Positions 46,331-57,516 of a stretch of DNA of 64,000 nt are shown one piece after another. The stretch lies in assembly GCA_965226885.1 (NCBI GenBank), contig CBDDEL010000014.1, forward strand, positions 320,001 to 384,000. Direction: 5' to 3'. A program made the position numbers and the translations under genes. Numbering within the stretch: the stretch's first letter is position 1; each line of letters begins with the position of its first letter. The notes beneath the pieces are model-generated. The model made no database searches, was not told where the DNA came from, and saw nothing but the letters and a program-made list of their open reading frames with translations. This DNA comes from Opitutales bacterium. Lineage in GTDB: Bacteria > Verrucomicrobiota > Verrucomicrobiia > Opitutales > UBA2987.

Positions 46331-48404
46331 CTATCTGGGACATTCTTTCCAATCCCAGATACCTATCAGTCCCAACAAGGCAATGTTGGGCAAAAGGAGA
46401 GGCACGAAGATAGGGGCATTGTAGACGATTTTATCAAAAAAATGAGGTTCGGTTGAGGCTAGAATCGATTGAAAATGGAGAACAAATCCTAAAACCCCAA
46501 CAAGGATTTGAATAACCAGGACAACTACACTCGAATTCAAGAGCGGTTGATCAGTCGGGGATACGATCAGGGTAAAAAGAAAACCCACCGCAACTGCGGA
46601 TGAAAAGACCGGTATCCATTCGGAGGTGGAAAAAAATCCGTTCTGGGCGTGATCGCACAGGGCCAACACAATGAAATGGACGGGGAAAACTGGACAGTGG
46701 AATAAGGTGGTCTTGAACCACTAAATCCGCTAACCTATGAATGTTATTAAATCACGAAAGAGAAGACAATACAGTGCTGAGTTTAAAGCCCGAGTGGCCC
46801 TGGAAGCCATCAGGGGCGCTCATACCATCAACGAGATCGCCGGTCGTTTTGAGGTGCATCCCAACCAGGTGACCCAATGGAAGAAGCAGCTTTTGCAGGG
46901 AGCAACGGAGCTGTTTTCGCGCCAGCGGCAGACTCTCAGCAAGGACAACGAGACGGAAAAAGATCACCTTTACCAGGAGATTGGAAAGCTGAAAGTAGAA
47001 TGCGATTGGCTAAAAAAAAAGTCTGAACAATTCGGTTGGTGAGAGGCGCAAGATGGTGCAACCACTTCAAGGAAAAATCAGTATCGGCAGGCAATGTCAG
47101 TTGCTGGGGCTGGCCCGCGGCAGCTATTACTATCGGGCCCGTGCCCAGTGCGAGCAGAACGTTCTCTACATGCATCGCATGGATGAGCTCTACACCCAAT
47201 ATCCGTTTTTTGGTTCTCGCCGGATGACCCAGTGGCTGCGTCGAGAGGGCCATGCAGTGGGACGAGGCCGCATCCAGCGGCTCATGCGCCAAATGGGCCT
47301 GGAGGCTATTTATCCGCGTCGAAACTTGAGCCAGGGGCACCGGCAGCACCGCATTTTCCCTTATCTGCTGCGGGGTTTGGCGGTCGAGCGGCCCGACCAG
47401 GTATGGTGCAGCGACATCACTTACCTGCGGCTGAGCCGAGGATTCCTTTTCTTGACCGTGGTGTTGGACTGGTTCAGCCGCTACGTGTTGAGCTGGCAGC
47501 TTTCCAACACCCTGGAGAGCCGCTTCTGTGTGCTCGCCCTGGAGGAAGCTCTGAGGCGGGCCCAACCTCAAATCTTCAACACCGATCAAGGCAGCCAGTT
47601 TACCGGCAGCGAGTTCACCTCGGTGCTGGGGCAAGCCGGGGTGCGCATCAGCATGGACGGGCGTGGCCGCTACCTGGACAACATATTTGTTGAACGCTTT
47701 TGGAGAACCCTCAAGTATGAAGACATTTACCTGCGCGAATACGCCACGGCAAAGGAAGCCAGCGAAGGGATAGCCCGCTACCTGGACTTCTACAACCACC
47801 TGCGCCCCCACCAAGCCCTGGGCTACCGGACCCCGGCCGAAGTCCATGCAATCGGAGCAAAACCAACCTCCCCGCCAATACAGCTTGCGGGCACCTGCGT
47901 GCCCGTCTTTGGCTAAGGACAAAATATATTTTTAAAAAATAATATGAACACGATTTCCACCTTAATCCCACGTCAAAATTGTCCAAACAACCCCGTCCAC
48001 TTCACAAAATTTCCGACGAATCCCCCAAAGGCCATAAAAATGACCCACCGTCTCCATTCATCCGTGTTCGGAGCAACCATTCGGTTCAAGAGGAGAAGAA
48101 AACCAATGCCAGAATAAGAAAGAGGCGCAGCAAAGGGTGCCGTATAAACCAAACTTTTAATGGTCAATTCTTCAAAAAACTGGCTTTTTAAGTGATATAT
48201 TAAACCGACGATACCAATGGCGACGGAGACTCCCCCGACGACCATTCCACCATAATAGAATGCCTTGGTTTTTCCTGACCTTGTATCGATTAACAGTACC
48301 CAAATCAACACGATGGGCGAACAACAGGAAAAGATAAAAGGGATCCATTCTGCCCAGTGAGCGAACCTGTTAATTGAGTGAGCGATGAAGATATCAATGG
48401 CTAG
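46331..48404 (-). pseudogene. Multi-pass membrane protein interrupted by IS3 and 5'-truncated by IS1380
   Basis: Internally duplicated H..F..EWIP / H..AP.F.P motifs; frame restored (GNFVLALCDH) after removing IS3 and the CAA duplication. Confidence 0.8.
46672..48004 (+). mobile_element. IS3-family element, another type (orfA 46737-47042, orfB to 47916)
   Basis: TG..CA IRs, 3-bp TSD CAA; WCSDITY, NTDQGSQF, DNIFVERFWRTLKYE. Confidence 0.95.
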
Positions 48405-49971
48405 CCCGGATATTTCATGAAGGGTAAAGTTTGGCTCGTTATTGCTATTGGAGATGGATCTCTTTGTATTTTGAGCAGATCGTCTTGATTTTTAGGTGTT
48501 TTTCAGGGTGTAGAGACACTGCCCCCTTTCCCCCATTGGTTCGGTAGTGCCGGGGGCAGCACCAATGCACCCTTTAGGTTGGCACCAATCGGCGGGCCGC
48601 ATGGTTGAAAAGACTGGCCCAAGGATAACTCTCACTTAGGTGAAAGTGAATCGTTCGGGTGTTGCGCACGATGACCGCTCCGATCTTGATTAATTTGAGC
48701 CGCAGGGTGTGGCATTGGGCCCGCGCCCACTTCGTCCCTTTTAAGGCTAACCGGCGCATGGCTTCCATCAAGGTGTAGGCCAGCGCCGACAAGAGCAATC
48801 GCCACTGATTGGCCCACCATTGATGGGCGCTGGTGCGCTCGCTGAACAATTGCATCTGTTCCTTGATTCGGTTCTCCATTTCACCGCGGCCACAGTATAC
48901 CTTGTCGTAAAGCTCCTGGGGATCGCCCGGCAGGTTCGTCACCACGAAGCGCGGGTTGGACCCCTGTGCGGTGTGTTCGGCTTTATGGATGACCAACCGC
49001 AGCCATCGCCACGAATCGGCAGCATAGACGAAGTCCTGGAATAACCGTTGTTTTTTACCCCTTAGTTCGAACCATTCTTTGGCCTGCTTTTGCAACTGCT
49101 GGGCGTCTTGCTGCAAGCGTGCATTGCGAGCCATCCCCACGATGTAACTAACTTCGTTGCGGTCGCACCAAGAGAGTATCCGGTCTCGACAAAATCCACT
49201 GTCGGCGCGCCAAATAATCCGCGTACGGGGCCAGCTTTGGCGAATCCGTTTAACCAGCAATTTGAGGATGGCCCCGGCATGCTTGCTGGCATCGATCTTG
49301 CTCGGCCGCAGGTAGGCCACCAGCAGCTGATCACCGCAAAAAACATATAGCGGCAGAAAACAGTAATGATCATAATAACCGTGGAAAAAACGTCCCTCCT
49401 GGAGCCCGTGCACCGGATTGTCGGTGGCGTCAAAGTCCAGGATGATCTCTTCGGGTTCCTCGGCAAAGGAGCCCATGAACTGTTCGACCAACAGCTCGTT
49501 TACCGCAAAGGCCGCCCGCCGATCCTGCCCGTTTTCAAAACGACACAAAGTCGGCGCGCTGGCCAACGTTTCAATGCGCCCCGTTACCGTTTGCAACAAT
49601 GGATCGTGGCGCAGGGTATCAAAGTCGTTCAAATCCTCATAGCCCGCCACCAGCCCGTAAACGCGCTGCCGCAGCATCCCCAATACCTCATGGCGTACTT
49701 TGCCCTTCTGCCGTTTGTCCACTAACTGTCGGGCCGCTCGTTCGGTCAAGCCCAACTGCCGATCCACTTCCCGGATCAAAAGCAGTCCGGCATCCGAAGT
49801 AACCTCTCCGCCCTTGAAATCAACCCGCACACGGCGGCCTTTTACCCTTGTCAACTGTAGCTTTAATTGTTTACCTTTTGTCATCGCTGATATTGCTTTA
49901 ATTATTGATCTATCCTGCTGTATATCAGCAGTTAAGCATATCAACGATACTTTTTTTACGAAATATCCGGG
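48405..49971 (-). mobile_element. IS1380 element, complete (transposase 48574-49944)
   Basis: Both IRs, 1567 bp; flanks CTAG / CTAA do not match. Confidence 0.96.
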
Positions 49972-50256
49972 CTAAAAGCCTCACTAAAAATAATCTTCTA
50001 TCTGACCGAGGATACTTATTTGAAAAATCCAAATATATCTTCCTCGACCCACTCCAAACTGCACTGGCATTCATTGCTATTCTTTCTTTTAAAAGAGGAT
50101 GAACATTAACCAGAGCCTCGCAAACATTGGGGACTTTCTTTAAATTATATTTTTCTAACAAAGAAAAATAAAAGTAAGCATCTGTAAACGCCGGGGAAAA
50201 ACCGGTACGGTAAAGAGGGCGCTTTAAAACCGGTACGCTTATCCTAGAAAGGAGGA

Positions 50257-51729
50257 GTGTATCGAGATATGAAGCAATGGACAAGAGTGCGGCACAAAGT
50301 GCTGCGGGACAAGCAGAGCAAGCGCTCTGTAATGCGAGAAGAGGGACTGCACTGGGAGACCCTGGGAAAGATGCTGGCCTATTCCCAGCCGCCGGGATAC
50401 CGGCGCAAGAAGAGGCGAGAGCGCAAGATCGATCCGTATGTGGGCTGGATCGAGGAGGTGCTCAAAGCGGACCGGAACGTGCCCAAGAAGCAGCGCCATA
50501 CGGCCAAACGGATCTACCAGCGTTTGGGTCGGGAGAAGGGCTACCAAGGGGGCTACACGGCGGTCAAGGAGGTGGTGGCCGAGCTGCGAGCGAGGCGGCG
50601 GGAAGTGTTCGTGCCGCTGGAGCACCGCCCCGGGGAGGGACAGGTGGACTTCGGTCATGCCCTGGTGAAGGAGGCGGGGCAATTGCGTAGGCGGCCATTT
50701 TTTGCCATGAGCCTGCCCTACAGCGATGCCTTTTTCGTGCAGGTGTTCGAACGGGAGTGCACGGAGAGCTTCTGGGAGGGGCACCTGCGAGCTTTTGAGT
50801 TTTTCGGGGCGGTGCCCCGGCGCATCAGCTATGACAACTCGAAGGTGGCGGTGGGTAAGATTATCGGTTCGCGTGAACGCAAGCTGACCGACGGGTTTCT
50901 GCAGCTACAGAGCCATTACCTGTTCGAGGAACACTTCTGTCTGCCCGCCCGGCCCAACGAGAAGGGCGTGGTCGAGGGGATCGTGCGTTATGCCCGGGCC
51001 AACTTCCTGGTACCGGTACCGCAGGTTCGGGACCTGGAGGAACTCAACGCAAAGCTGTTGGAGGCATGTGAGCGGGACATGGAGCGTAAATTACGCGGGA
51101 AAAGGGCGGTGAAAAAGGAACTGCTGGCCGAGGAGCGCGCCGTCATGCTGGCGTTGCCGCCCATACCCTTTGAAGCGAGCCGCAAACGCTCGACCTGCGT
51201 CAGCAGCCTCTCGCTGGTGCGCTGCGCCCACCATCCGGTGGTGGTGGAAGGGTCCTGTCGGCAGGTGGTGATCTTCTGTGGGGGCCAAGAGGTGGCCCGG
51301 CACCGCCGCATTTGGGATAAAGAGCAAGTCTCTTTCGAGCCGGTGCACTACCTGGCTTTGCTGGAGAAAAAACCGGGCGCTTTGGACTTCGCCCGCCCAC
51401 TCTCGGGCTGGCAGTTGCCGCAGTGCCTGCAGGTCCTCAGACGCCGGCTCGAAAGCCAATGCGGGGGCGAAGGCACCCGGGAGTATATCCGGGTGCTGCG
51501 GCTGTTGGAGAAACACCCCATGGCGGCCTTGCAGCAGGCCGTCGTCTCGGCCCTGCGGGTGGGGGGACTGACTCGTGAGGCCATCGCCCAGTATCTCTAT
51601 CCTCAGGAAGACTACGGGAGCAGAACCTTCCGGCTGGACGGCCATCCACACCTGCGTCACGTCCGTGTGGCCGCCCCTGACCTCGGTGCCTACAGCGAAC
51701 TGCTCAAGATTCCAGGAGGGGCTTTATGA
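50257..51729 (+). CDS. istA: IS21 transposase IstA (11-aa internal deletion)
   Basis: QVDFG, YDNSK, EKGVVEGIV DDE motifs. Confidence 0.9.
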   Translation: MYRDMKQWTRVRHKVLRDKQSKRSVMREEGLHWETLGKMLAYSQPPGYRRKKRRERKIDPYVGWIEEVLKADRNVPKKQRHTAKRIYQRLGREKGYQGGYTAVKEVVAELRARRREVFVPLEHRPGEGQVDFGHALVKEAGQLRRRPFFAMSLPYSDAFFVQVFERECTESFWEGHLRAFEFFGAVPRRISYDNSKVAVGKIIGSRERKLTDGFLQLQSHYLFEEHFCLPARPNEKGVVEGIVRYARANFLVPVPQVRDLEELNAKLLEACERDMERKLRGKRAVKKELLAEERAVMLALPPIPFEASRKRSTCVSSLSLVRCAHHPVVVEGSCRQVVIFCGGQEVARHRRIWDKEQVSFEPVHYLALLEKKPGALDFARPLSGWQLPQCLQVLRRRLESQCGGEGTREYIRVLRLLEKHPMAALQQAVVSALRVGGLTREAIAQYLYPQEDYGSRTFRLDGHPHLRHVRVAAPDLGAYSELLKIPGGAL

Positions 51730-52493
51730 AGGAAGAAAAAAACCAGCTGCTGTTACACCATCACCTCAAGAAACTGAAGTTGCCCACCATCCTGCGCGAA
51801 TGGCCGGCGGTGGCCGCGGCTTGTTCCCGGGACCGGCTCGATTACGCCGCCTTTTTGTTGCATCTGGTCGAACGGGAGCTCATTGAACGCGAACAGCGGG
51901 CCGCCCAGCGGCGGATCAAAAACGCCCGTTTCCCCGTGCTCAAGACCCTCGAGAGCTTCGCCTTTGAAGCGCAGCCCTCGCTCAACGAAGCGCTCATCCG
52001 AGAGCTCATGCGCGGGGAGTATGTCGACCAGCGCGAAAACGTGCTGCTCCTCGGTAACGCCGGTACCGGTAAAACGCACCTGGCCACCGCCCTGGGCTTT
52101 GCCGCCTGTGCCCAGGGCCGGCGGATCCGTTTCTTCGGGGTCACCGCCCTGGTTACCCATATGCTCGAGCAACGCGACAACCACGACCTGCAGCGCTTCA
52201 TGAAGCAACTCGAAAGGCTCGACCTACTCATCCTCGACGAACTCGGTTACGTCCCTTTTTCCAAGACCGGGTCCGAACTGCTCTTCGACGTGGTCAGCCG
52301 CGCTTACGAGCGCACCAGTCTCATCGTCACCACCAACCTGCCCTTTGAGAACTGGATCGAAGTGCTCGGTTCCGAACGGCTCACCGGAGCTCTGCTGGAC
52401 CGACTCACCCATCGGGTGCATATCCTCGAAGCCAACGGGCAAAGCTACCGCTTGCGCGATGCTCGACGCCGTCGCCGTGGCACAAAACAATAA
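51726..52493 (+). CDS. istB: IS21 helper ATPase IstB
   Basis: Walker A and B motifs; same protein as the 15680-16447 copy. Confidence 0.95.
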   Translation: MKEEKNQLLLHHHLKKLKLPTILREWPAVAAACSRDRLDYAAFLLHLVERELIEREQRAAQRRIKNARFPVLKTLESFAFEAQPSLNEALIRELMRGEYVDQRENVLLLGNAGTGKTHLATALGFAACAQGRRIRFFGVTALVTHMLEQRDNHDLQRFMKQLERLDLLILDELGYVPFSKTGSELLFDVVSRAYERTSLIVTTNLPFENWIEVLGSERLTGALLDRLTHRVHILEANGQSYRLRDARRRRRGTKQ

Positions 52494-52666
52494 ACGCCTT
52501 GGGCCCGGCTCGTCGGCCTCCGGCCTCCTCACCGACCCCAAGCCAATCCCCAAAACCAACTCCCAAACCCTAAACCTTGACGTACCTGCAATTACTAACC
52601 TAAACCTTATTCCAAGCGTACCGGTTTTACCCCGACCCCCGTACCGGTTTCATCCCGGCGTTTACA

Positions 52667-53422
52667 GATGGCGCAAACCGGCCTTCTCGCGGATCAGCCG
52701 GATCGCTTTGAGCAACGTGCCGGCTACATCCTTGAGTAATACCCAGTCCGTCGGCCAATGAATGTTAGCCTCCAAACAGGTGCCGTCGATCAGGCAAATG
52801 GTGGTGTCAATCGGCTTGTCCAATCCCACCTGCCGGGCCAGAAGGGCATCGCCCACCACCTCAGTCAAGGTCCGGTGCAAGGCCCTCAACTGCTCTTCGC
52901 TGAAAAACTTCGAGGCCCGCTCCAGGGTGCTTTTGGAGATGCCCCTGATGCCATCGATCTGCCGGACACGGCAAAAGTCGGCCAACAGATCGCTGCTGCC
53001 CAGAGCCCGCGACAAATGCCGAAACGAAATCCCTCCGAGCAGACGGCCCAGCGTATCCATGCGCAGTGCCTTGATGGCAAAACTGGCCCGCTGCCGCCGG
53101 GCCTTTAGACCCATTGGCGGCCACCCCTCCAAGGCCAGCTCAATGGCCTGCGATTCCACCTCCGAGTCGATCAGCAGCCGATCGATTCGATCAATGGTGG
53201 CGCGGAAGTTATCGTAATCGAGGCACCGGTCGACCACAGTTAAAGCTGGACGCAGGAGGCATTGGATGGCTATATTTTTCATAGAAAGGGCTATATTGAT
53301 TTTCGCTAACTCAATTATAGAACCCTTTTTTGGCCGGATCGAGCAAAAACTTGCTCTTTCCGTCTCTTTTTATCAACGTCATCCAGTTGACTATAAAATC
53401 TTTATATTTTTGGGACAGCCTC
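52667..53422 (-). mobile_element. IS5-like element 5' half truncated by IS21
   Basis: Same IS21 junction as 14751-15506. Confidence 0.92.
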
Positions 53423-53939
53423 TAGGTAAAATTGGGAAAGGTGCTAACAAAGATAAGCTGCCGATGATAACTAATTCCACTAATTCAACCAATGGTGGTT
53501 ACGGTGTTATTTTGGCCGATAAAACGAAAATTCAGCATATCCATGTTCTCGGGACAGAATCATCAGGGATATATGGGGAAGATGTGGATAAGGTGACTGT
53601 GCAAAACAATGAACTTTCCGGATTTAACACTGCCGTCCATATTTTTCCCCGCTTCGGGGGAGTGTTCAATTTCCGAACCTATTTTGGAGGCATTCAAATC
53701 CGGGGCTTGAACCGGATCGACAAGATGAAGGTGACCATAAAATATAATTATATTCATGATGCGGACACAACGGGCATTGCAATTTATACAGAAAATGACA
53801 CAGAGTTAGAGGCTGACGTGAAGGGAAATAGCATCTTTCGCGTTGGCAAGCTTCCTTTCAATCCTGATCCATTCCCACCAGATAGACCAGATCTCTTATT
53901 ACCTTCGTTTATAACCAATAATGGTCTTGCAATCGTTTC
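53423..53939 (+). pseudogene. Parallel beta-helix protein internal fragment
   Basis: GIYGEDV.KVTVQNNEL, VTIKYNYIHD..GIAI, VKGNSIF repeats; bounded by IS on both sides. Confidence 0.65.
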
Positions 53940-54741
53940 GGTAGTGTATTAAGTAGGAATGGTGGCTAATTCTTGATTATATTGATGAATGAAAAGTCTC
54001 AGACAGGTTTCATGCATACTCTTAAGCTTGGAAAAGGAGAGGGTTTTGCGTGTGAAACGACCCAGTCGTTGGCGCAGGGTATTGTTCCATCGTTCCACAT
54101 GGGCCGTTTCACCGGTTTCTTTTCCCACGGATCGGTTATGAGGAAAGACTTCATCATAAGTGCTCCAAAAGTCGCTGTAGGTGGCACATCTTTTGTAGGC
54201 CCGTGGCAGACGCTCGTAAAGTTCCCGGCAACGATACCAATCCCGAGGCCCAATGGCATAGGAGAGGATTTGACGGGTGCGTCGGCAAAGAGCGATCCAA
54301 ACCCATTGGGCATCGCTCTTGCGCCCCACAAAAGACCACAGTTCGTCCAGTTCAATGACATCATGGCGGCGGGCCGCAAGAATCGTGCTTTTGAGCGGTC
54401 GCAGCGATTGTCGTTTTTTTTAACCAACTCAAAACGGTGTTGGGACTCACCCCGAAGGCGCGCTGTAAACCGCGTAGACTGCTGCGTTCCTGATAGACTC
54501 GAAGGATCATTTCTTTTTGCTCTTCGGTGTATTTCACTGTGGGGTTTTCGCGGCTTTGTTTACCACAATCATGGCAGCGGTAGCGCTGTTTATGGTTGGG
54601 CGTCTTGCCAAATTTAATGATATTTTCACTTCCACAGTGCCGACAATTAATAATTTTAGTAACCATGCACTAAGAATAAACTGCCTAACGCTATTTGTAC
54701 AGCTAAAAATACAAAAGAACATTCTTTTTTTATACACTACC
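53940..54741 (-). mobile_element. IS1 type A (802 bp)
   Basis: Both IRs; near-identical to 13697-14498. Confidence 0.95.
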
Positions 54742-55346
54742 GGATTCCGCAACGTCGACACCGATTAGTCCTCCTCGCATCGCGTTTGGGGTCGATACAG
54801 ATTATGACGCCCGAAGAATTCGGGGCACCACATTGCTCGGTCAGGGAAGCCATCTCGAATCTTCCACCAATCCAGGCAGGGGAGGTTCACCAAGATGATT
54901 CCTTGCATCAAAGTAGCTCTTTGTCACCAATGAATCTACGCAGAATTCGTTCATCTAAACCCGGTGGAACGTGGCGGGATTGGCGAGCCAATCTCGTGGC
55001 CGACTGCCACCGAAAATCGACTGGCAAAACCTATCCAAGCGTATATGGCCGAATGTCCTAGGATGAAACCTCACCGACCATAACCACGCAGTTTTTCGGA
55101 TTCGGTAATGGACGATTCGGACATCCAGAACAGGATCGGGCAATTTCGCTCAGAGAAGGCGCGATTCTGCAAAGTTTTCCTCACAACTACGCCTTTGTTC
55201 CGAAAGACCAGTCACCTATTAGAAAAACTGTTGGCAGACTCATCGGGAATGCTGTCCCAGTGAAATTAGGTGAAGTTATCGGCAAAAGTATTCTCCACCA
55301 TATTGCCGAGCTAGGATCAAAAGCGCGTCGTATACCTGAATCGTAA
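54742..55346 (+). pseudogene. C5-cytosine DNA methyltransferase, C-terminal fragment with internal stop
   Basis: IPQRRHRL (motif VIII), YGRMS*DETSPTITTQ, HPEQDRAISLREGAILQSFP (IX), IGNAVPVKLG (X). Confidence 0.9.
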
Positions 55347-55352
55347 AAAAAA

Positions 55353-55430
55353 TGGCGTCCCGTAGGGGATTTGAACGCCTGTTGCAGGGATGAAAACCCT
55401 GAGTCCTGGGCCGGGCTGGACGAACGGGAC
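55353..55430 (-). tRNA. tRNA-Glu(TTC), degenerate copy
   Basis: Full-length copy of 56653-56730 with two substitutions (T-stem mismatch, D-arm change). Confidence 0.75.
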
Positions 55431-55557
55431 AGCCGGAAATTGGTGCTCTCCGAAACCAGGTCTTTGCTTTCGGCTAGTGGTTGATTTTTCTTGCAGTATT
55501 CATGCCGGTAAATATGAGCATGACAGGAAAGCATCTACTAGCTTATACTACATCGAA

Positions 55558-56535
55558 ATGAATACCCTGATTGACTTAAGCATCATCGTGGAATGGGAAA
55601 ACGTTCTGCTCTCCGAGGATGAGCGCTGTTTCCATATGTTGCGCAAATTGAGCAAGCAACTGGGCGAGATCAATCGTAGGGCCGAAGTAATCGTGCTCTT
55701 CAACCCCGATCAAATTGATCGTGCCAGCATTGAAACAGTATTGCAAAAACACTTCGTACTGGGAGACTCCAACGATTCCGTAGACCTACGGCTGGAAGAG
55801 GCGCTGGGCAGGCATTATTTCGAACTGAAGAATGAGGGCGCCGCTCGCGCCCGGGGACAAATCGTGATTTTCATCGATACCGACGCCGTGCCTGAAGACA
55901 ATTGGCTAAAAGAGATTTCACAACATTTCTTTGACTATTCTGAAATTTGCGTTGTCGCTGGACACACTTACCTTTCTCACGAATCCCTATTCGAAAAAGC
56001 CTTTGCCTTGGGGTGGTTTTTCCCATTGCGCAATCCAAAGAACGCAATCCAATCGAATAGTAAGGGTTTCTTCGCCAACAACCTCGCGTTCCGACGCGAT
56101 TTTTTCCTGAAATATCAATTTCTGGATTTGCCGGAAGGACTTTGCCGCGGAGCCTGTATCCAACTGGCACACACACTGGTCTCATCCGGTATTTCCATCT
56201 GGACCAACACCGCTGCCCGTGCCCAACACCCGCCTCCTTCAGATTTACGGCATTATGTGCTCCGAGCCTTCGGCGAAGGCCGGAACAATGTACTTCTTCA
56301 GACTAGAGCAGGCCGGAATCTTTTCCTATCGCTCGGCAGGAGTTACCTATGGTTTGTGACACGGGTCGTATCAGCAGGACGCCGCATGAAAAACGAGCGC
56401 CAACGCGTTGATCTGGCGTTCTGGCAAACTCCGGCTGCTTTCAGCATTATGGTATTTTATTATTGCCTCGCTTGTTGTGGCAGTAGCGCGACTGTGCTGT
56501 TTCCCCGTTACGCGAGGAAGCATTGGCAGTTTTGA
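55558..56535 (+). CDS. GT-A fold (family 2-like) glycosyltransferase
   Basis: LSIIV, EVIV, KNEGAARARGQIVIFIDTDAVP (DxD), ANNLAFRRD. Confidence 0.8.
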   Translation: MNTLIDLSIIVEWENVLLSEDERCFHMLRKLSKQLGEINRRAEVIVLFNPDQIDRASIETVLQKHFVLGDSNDSVDLRLEEALGRHYFELKNEGAARARGQIVIFIDTDAVPEDNWLKEISQHFFDYSEICVVAGHTYLSHESLFEKAFALGWFFPLRNPKNAIQSNSKGFFANNLAFRRDFFLKYQFLDLPEGLCRGACIQLAHTLVSSGISIWTNTAARAQHPPPSDLRHYVLRAFGEGRNNVLLQTRAGRNLFLSLGRSYLWFVTRVVSAGRRMKNERQRVDLAFWQTPAAFSIMVFYYCLACCGSSATVLFPRYARKHWQF

Positions 56536-56652
56536 TAAGTGAGGCGATTGGGATTCGCCCAAAGCAGAAAGAATCCAGTTTTCCTTCTACTTGATCGATC
56601 CACGGGGAGGGCACCGCTTTGGATCAAAAAAAATACCAATCGTACAAAAAAA

Positions 56653-56730
56653 TGGCGTCCCGTAGGGGATTTGAACCCCTGTTGCAGGGATGAAAACCCT
56701 GAGTCCTGGGCCGGGCTAGACGAACGGGAC
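56653..56730 (-). tRNA. tRNA-Glu(TTC)
   Basis: GTCCCGT acceptor stem, CAGGG-TTTTCAT-CCCTG anticodon arm, GGTTCAAATCC, CCA end. Confidence 0.95.
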
Positions 56731-56873
56731 AGCCGGAAATTGGAGCACCCGAAACTAGGTCCTTGCCCCACCTGCGCAAGTCTTTTTTTATATTTTTCCC
56801 TCAAGGCCTCAATGAATGCCCGGCCGGTTTCCAAGACCCGTCATAAAACACGATTTTTATACAGTCTGTTCGC

Positions 56874-56902
56874 TTGACATGGCCGGGAGAACTGTGTTTC
56901 TT
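56874..56902 (+). promoter_or_regulatory. Putative sigma70 promoter of the rpmH operon
   Basis: Perfect TTGACA, 17-nt spacer ending in TG, weak -10 TTTCTT. Confidence 0.4.
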
Positions 56903-56924
56903 GGCAACCTTTTCTTCACCAACC

Positions 56925-57059
56925 ATGAAGCCGACCTATCATCCATCCAAAATCAAGCGAAAGCGCAAACTGGGCTTTCGCGCCCGCAAATCCACCCGCG
57001 GGGGGAGAAAGATCCTGGCCGACCGCCGTCGCCGAGGCAGAATCCGCCTTAGCGCCTGA
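56925..57059 (+). CDS. rpmH: 50S ribosomal protein L34
   Basis: [27 protein letters not shown]. Confidence 0.97.
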   Translation: MKPTYHPSKIKRKRKLGFRARKSTRGGRKILADRRRRGRIRLSA

Positions 57060-57075
57060 CGCGTCCGCCGCCGCC

Positions 57076-57516
57076 ATGCGCCAATGTTTTACCGCCCGGC
57101 AGCACCTCCGGCGCTCGGTTGAGTTTGCCACTGTGCGAGCCAAAGGCCGCAGGGTCGATTGTGGAGCCTTTATCCTGCAATTGCTGGTGCGCGCCGACCT
57201 GGAAGAGGGTGCGCCCGTCCATCGAAAGCTCGGTGTGATCGCCTCGAAAAGGGTGGGGCCGGCCGTTGCGAGAAATCGGGCCAGAAGGGCGATGAGGGAA
57301 ATTTTTCGACTCAATCAGGAATCGCTTCCCCAAAACTGCGATGTGGTTATGGTTGCGCGGGCCTCAATCGATCGCTACGGATTCGATGAATTGCAAAGAC
57401 GATACCTCAATGCCTGCAAAAGAGCGGCCAAAGTGAGGAGAGGAGCGGCCAAAGTGAGGAGAGGAGCGGCCAAAGTGAGGAGAGGAGCGGCCAAAGTGAG
57501 GAGAGCAAAATTATGA
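57076..57516 (+). CDS. rnpA: Ribonuclease P protein component with repeat-extended C-terminus
   Basis: KRVGPAVARNRARR motif; lies directly after rpmH. Confidence 0.93.
   Translation: MRQCFTARQHLRRSVEFATVRAKGRRVDCGAFILQLLVRADLEEGAPVHRKLGVIASKRVGPAVARNRARRAMREIFRLNQESLPQNCDVVMVARASIDRYGFDELQRRYLNACKRAAKVRRGAAKVRRGAAKVRRGAAKVRRAKL
57422..57505 (+). repeat. 21-bp tandem repeat x4 (AAKVRRG)
   Basis: GAGCGGCCAAAGTGAGGAGAG repeated with identical DNA. Confidence 0.95.

Larger units (their letters stand above)
50183..52666 (+). mobile_element. IS21-family element
   Basis: TGT..ACA ends; istA and istB open; same 33-bp istA deletion as 15507-18001. Confidence 0.96.

Noticed and set aside
49972..50182. 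AT-rich coding-looking fragment, possibly a glycosyltransferase C-terminus
   Set aside because: Only about 70 codons between two IS elements, with no diagnostic motif
56730..56925. oriC/dnaA expected next to rpmH
   Set aside because: No dnaA gene and no clear DnaA-box cluster seen; tRNA-Glu occupies the divergent position
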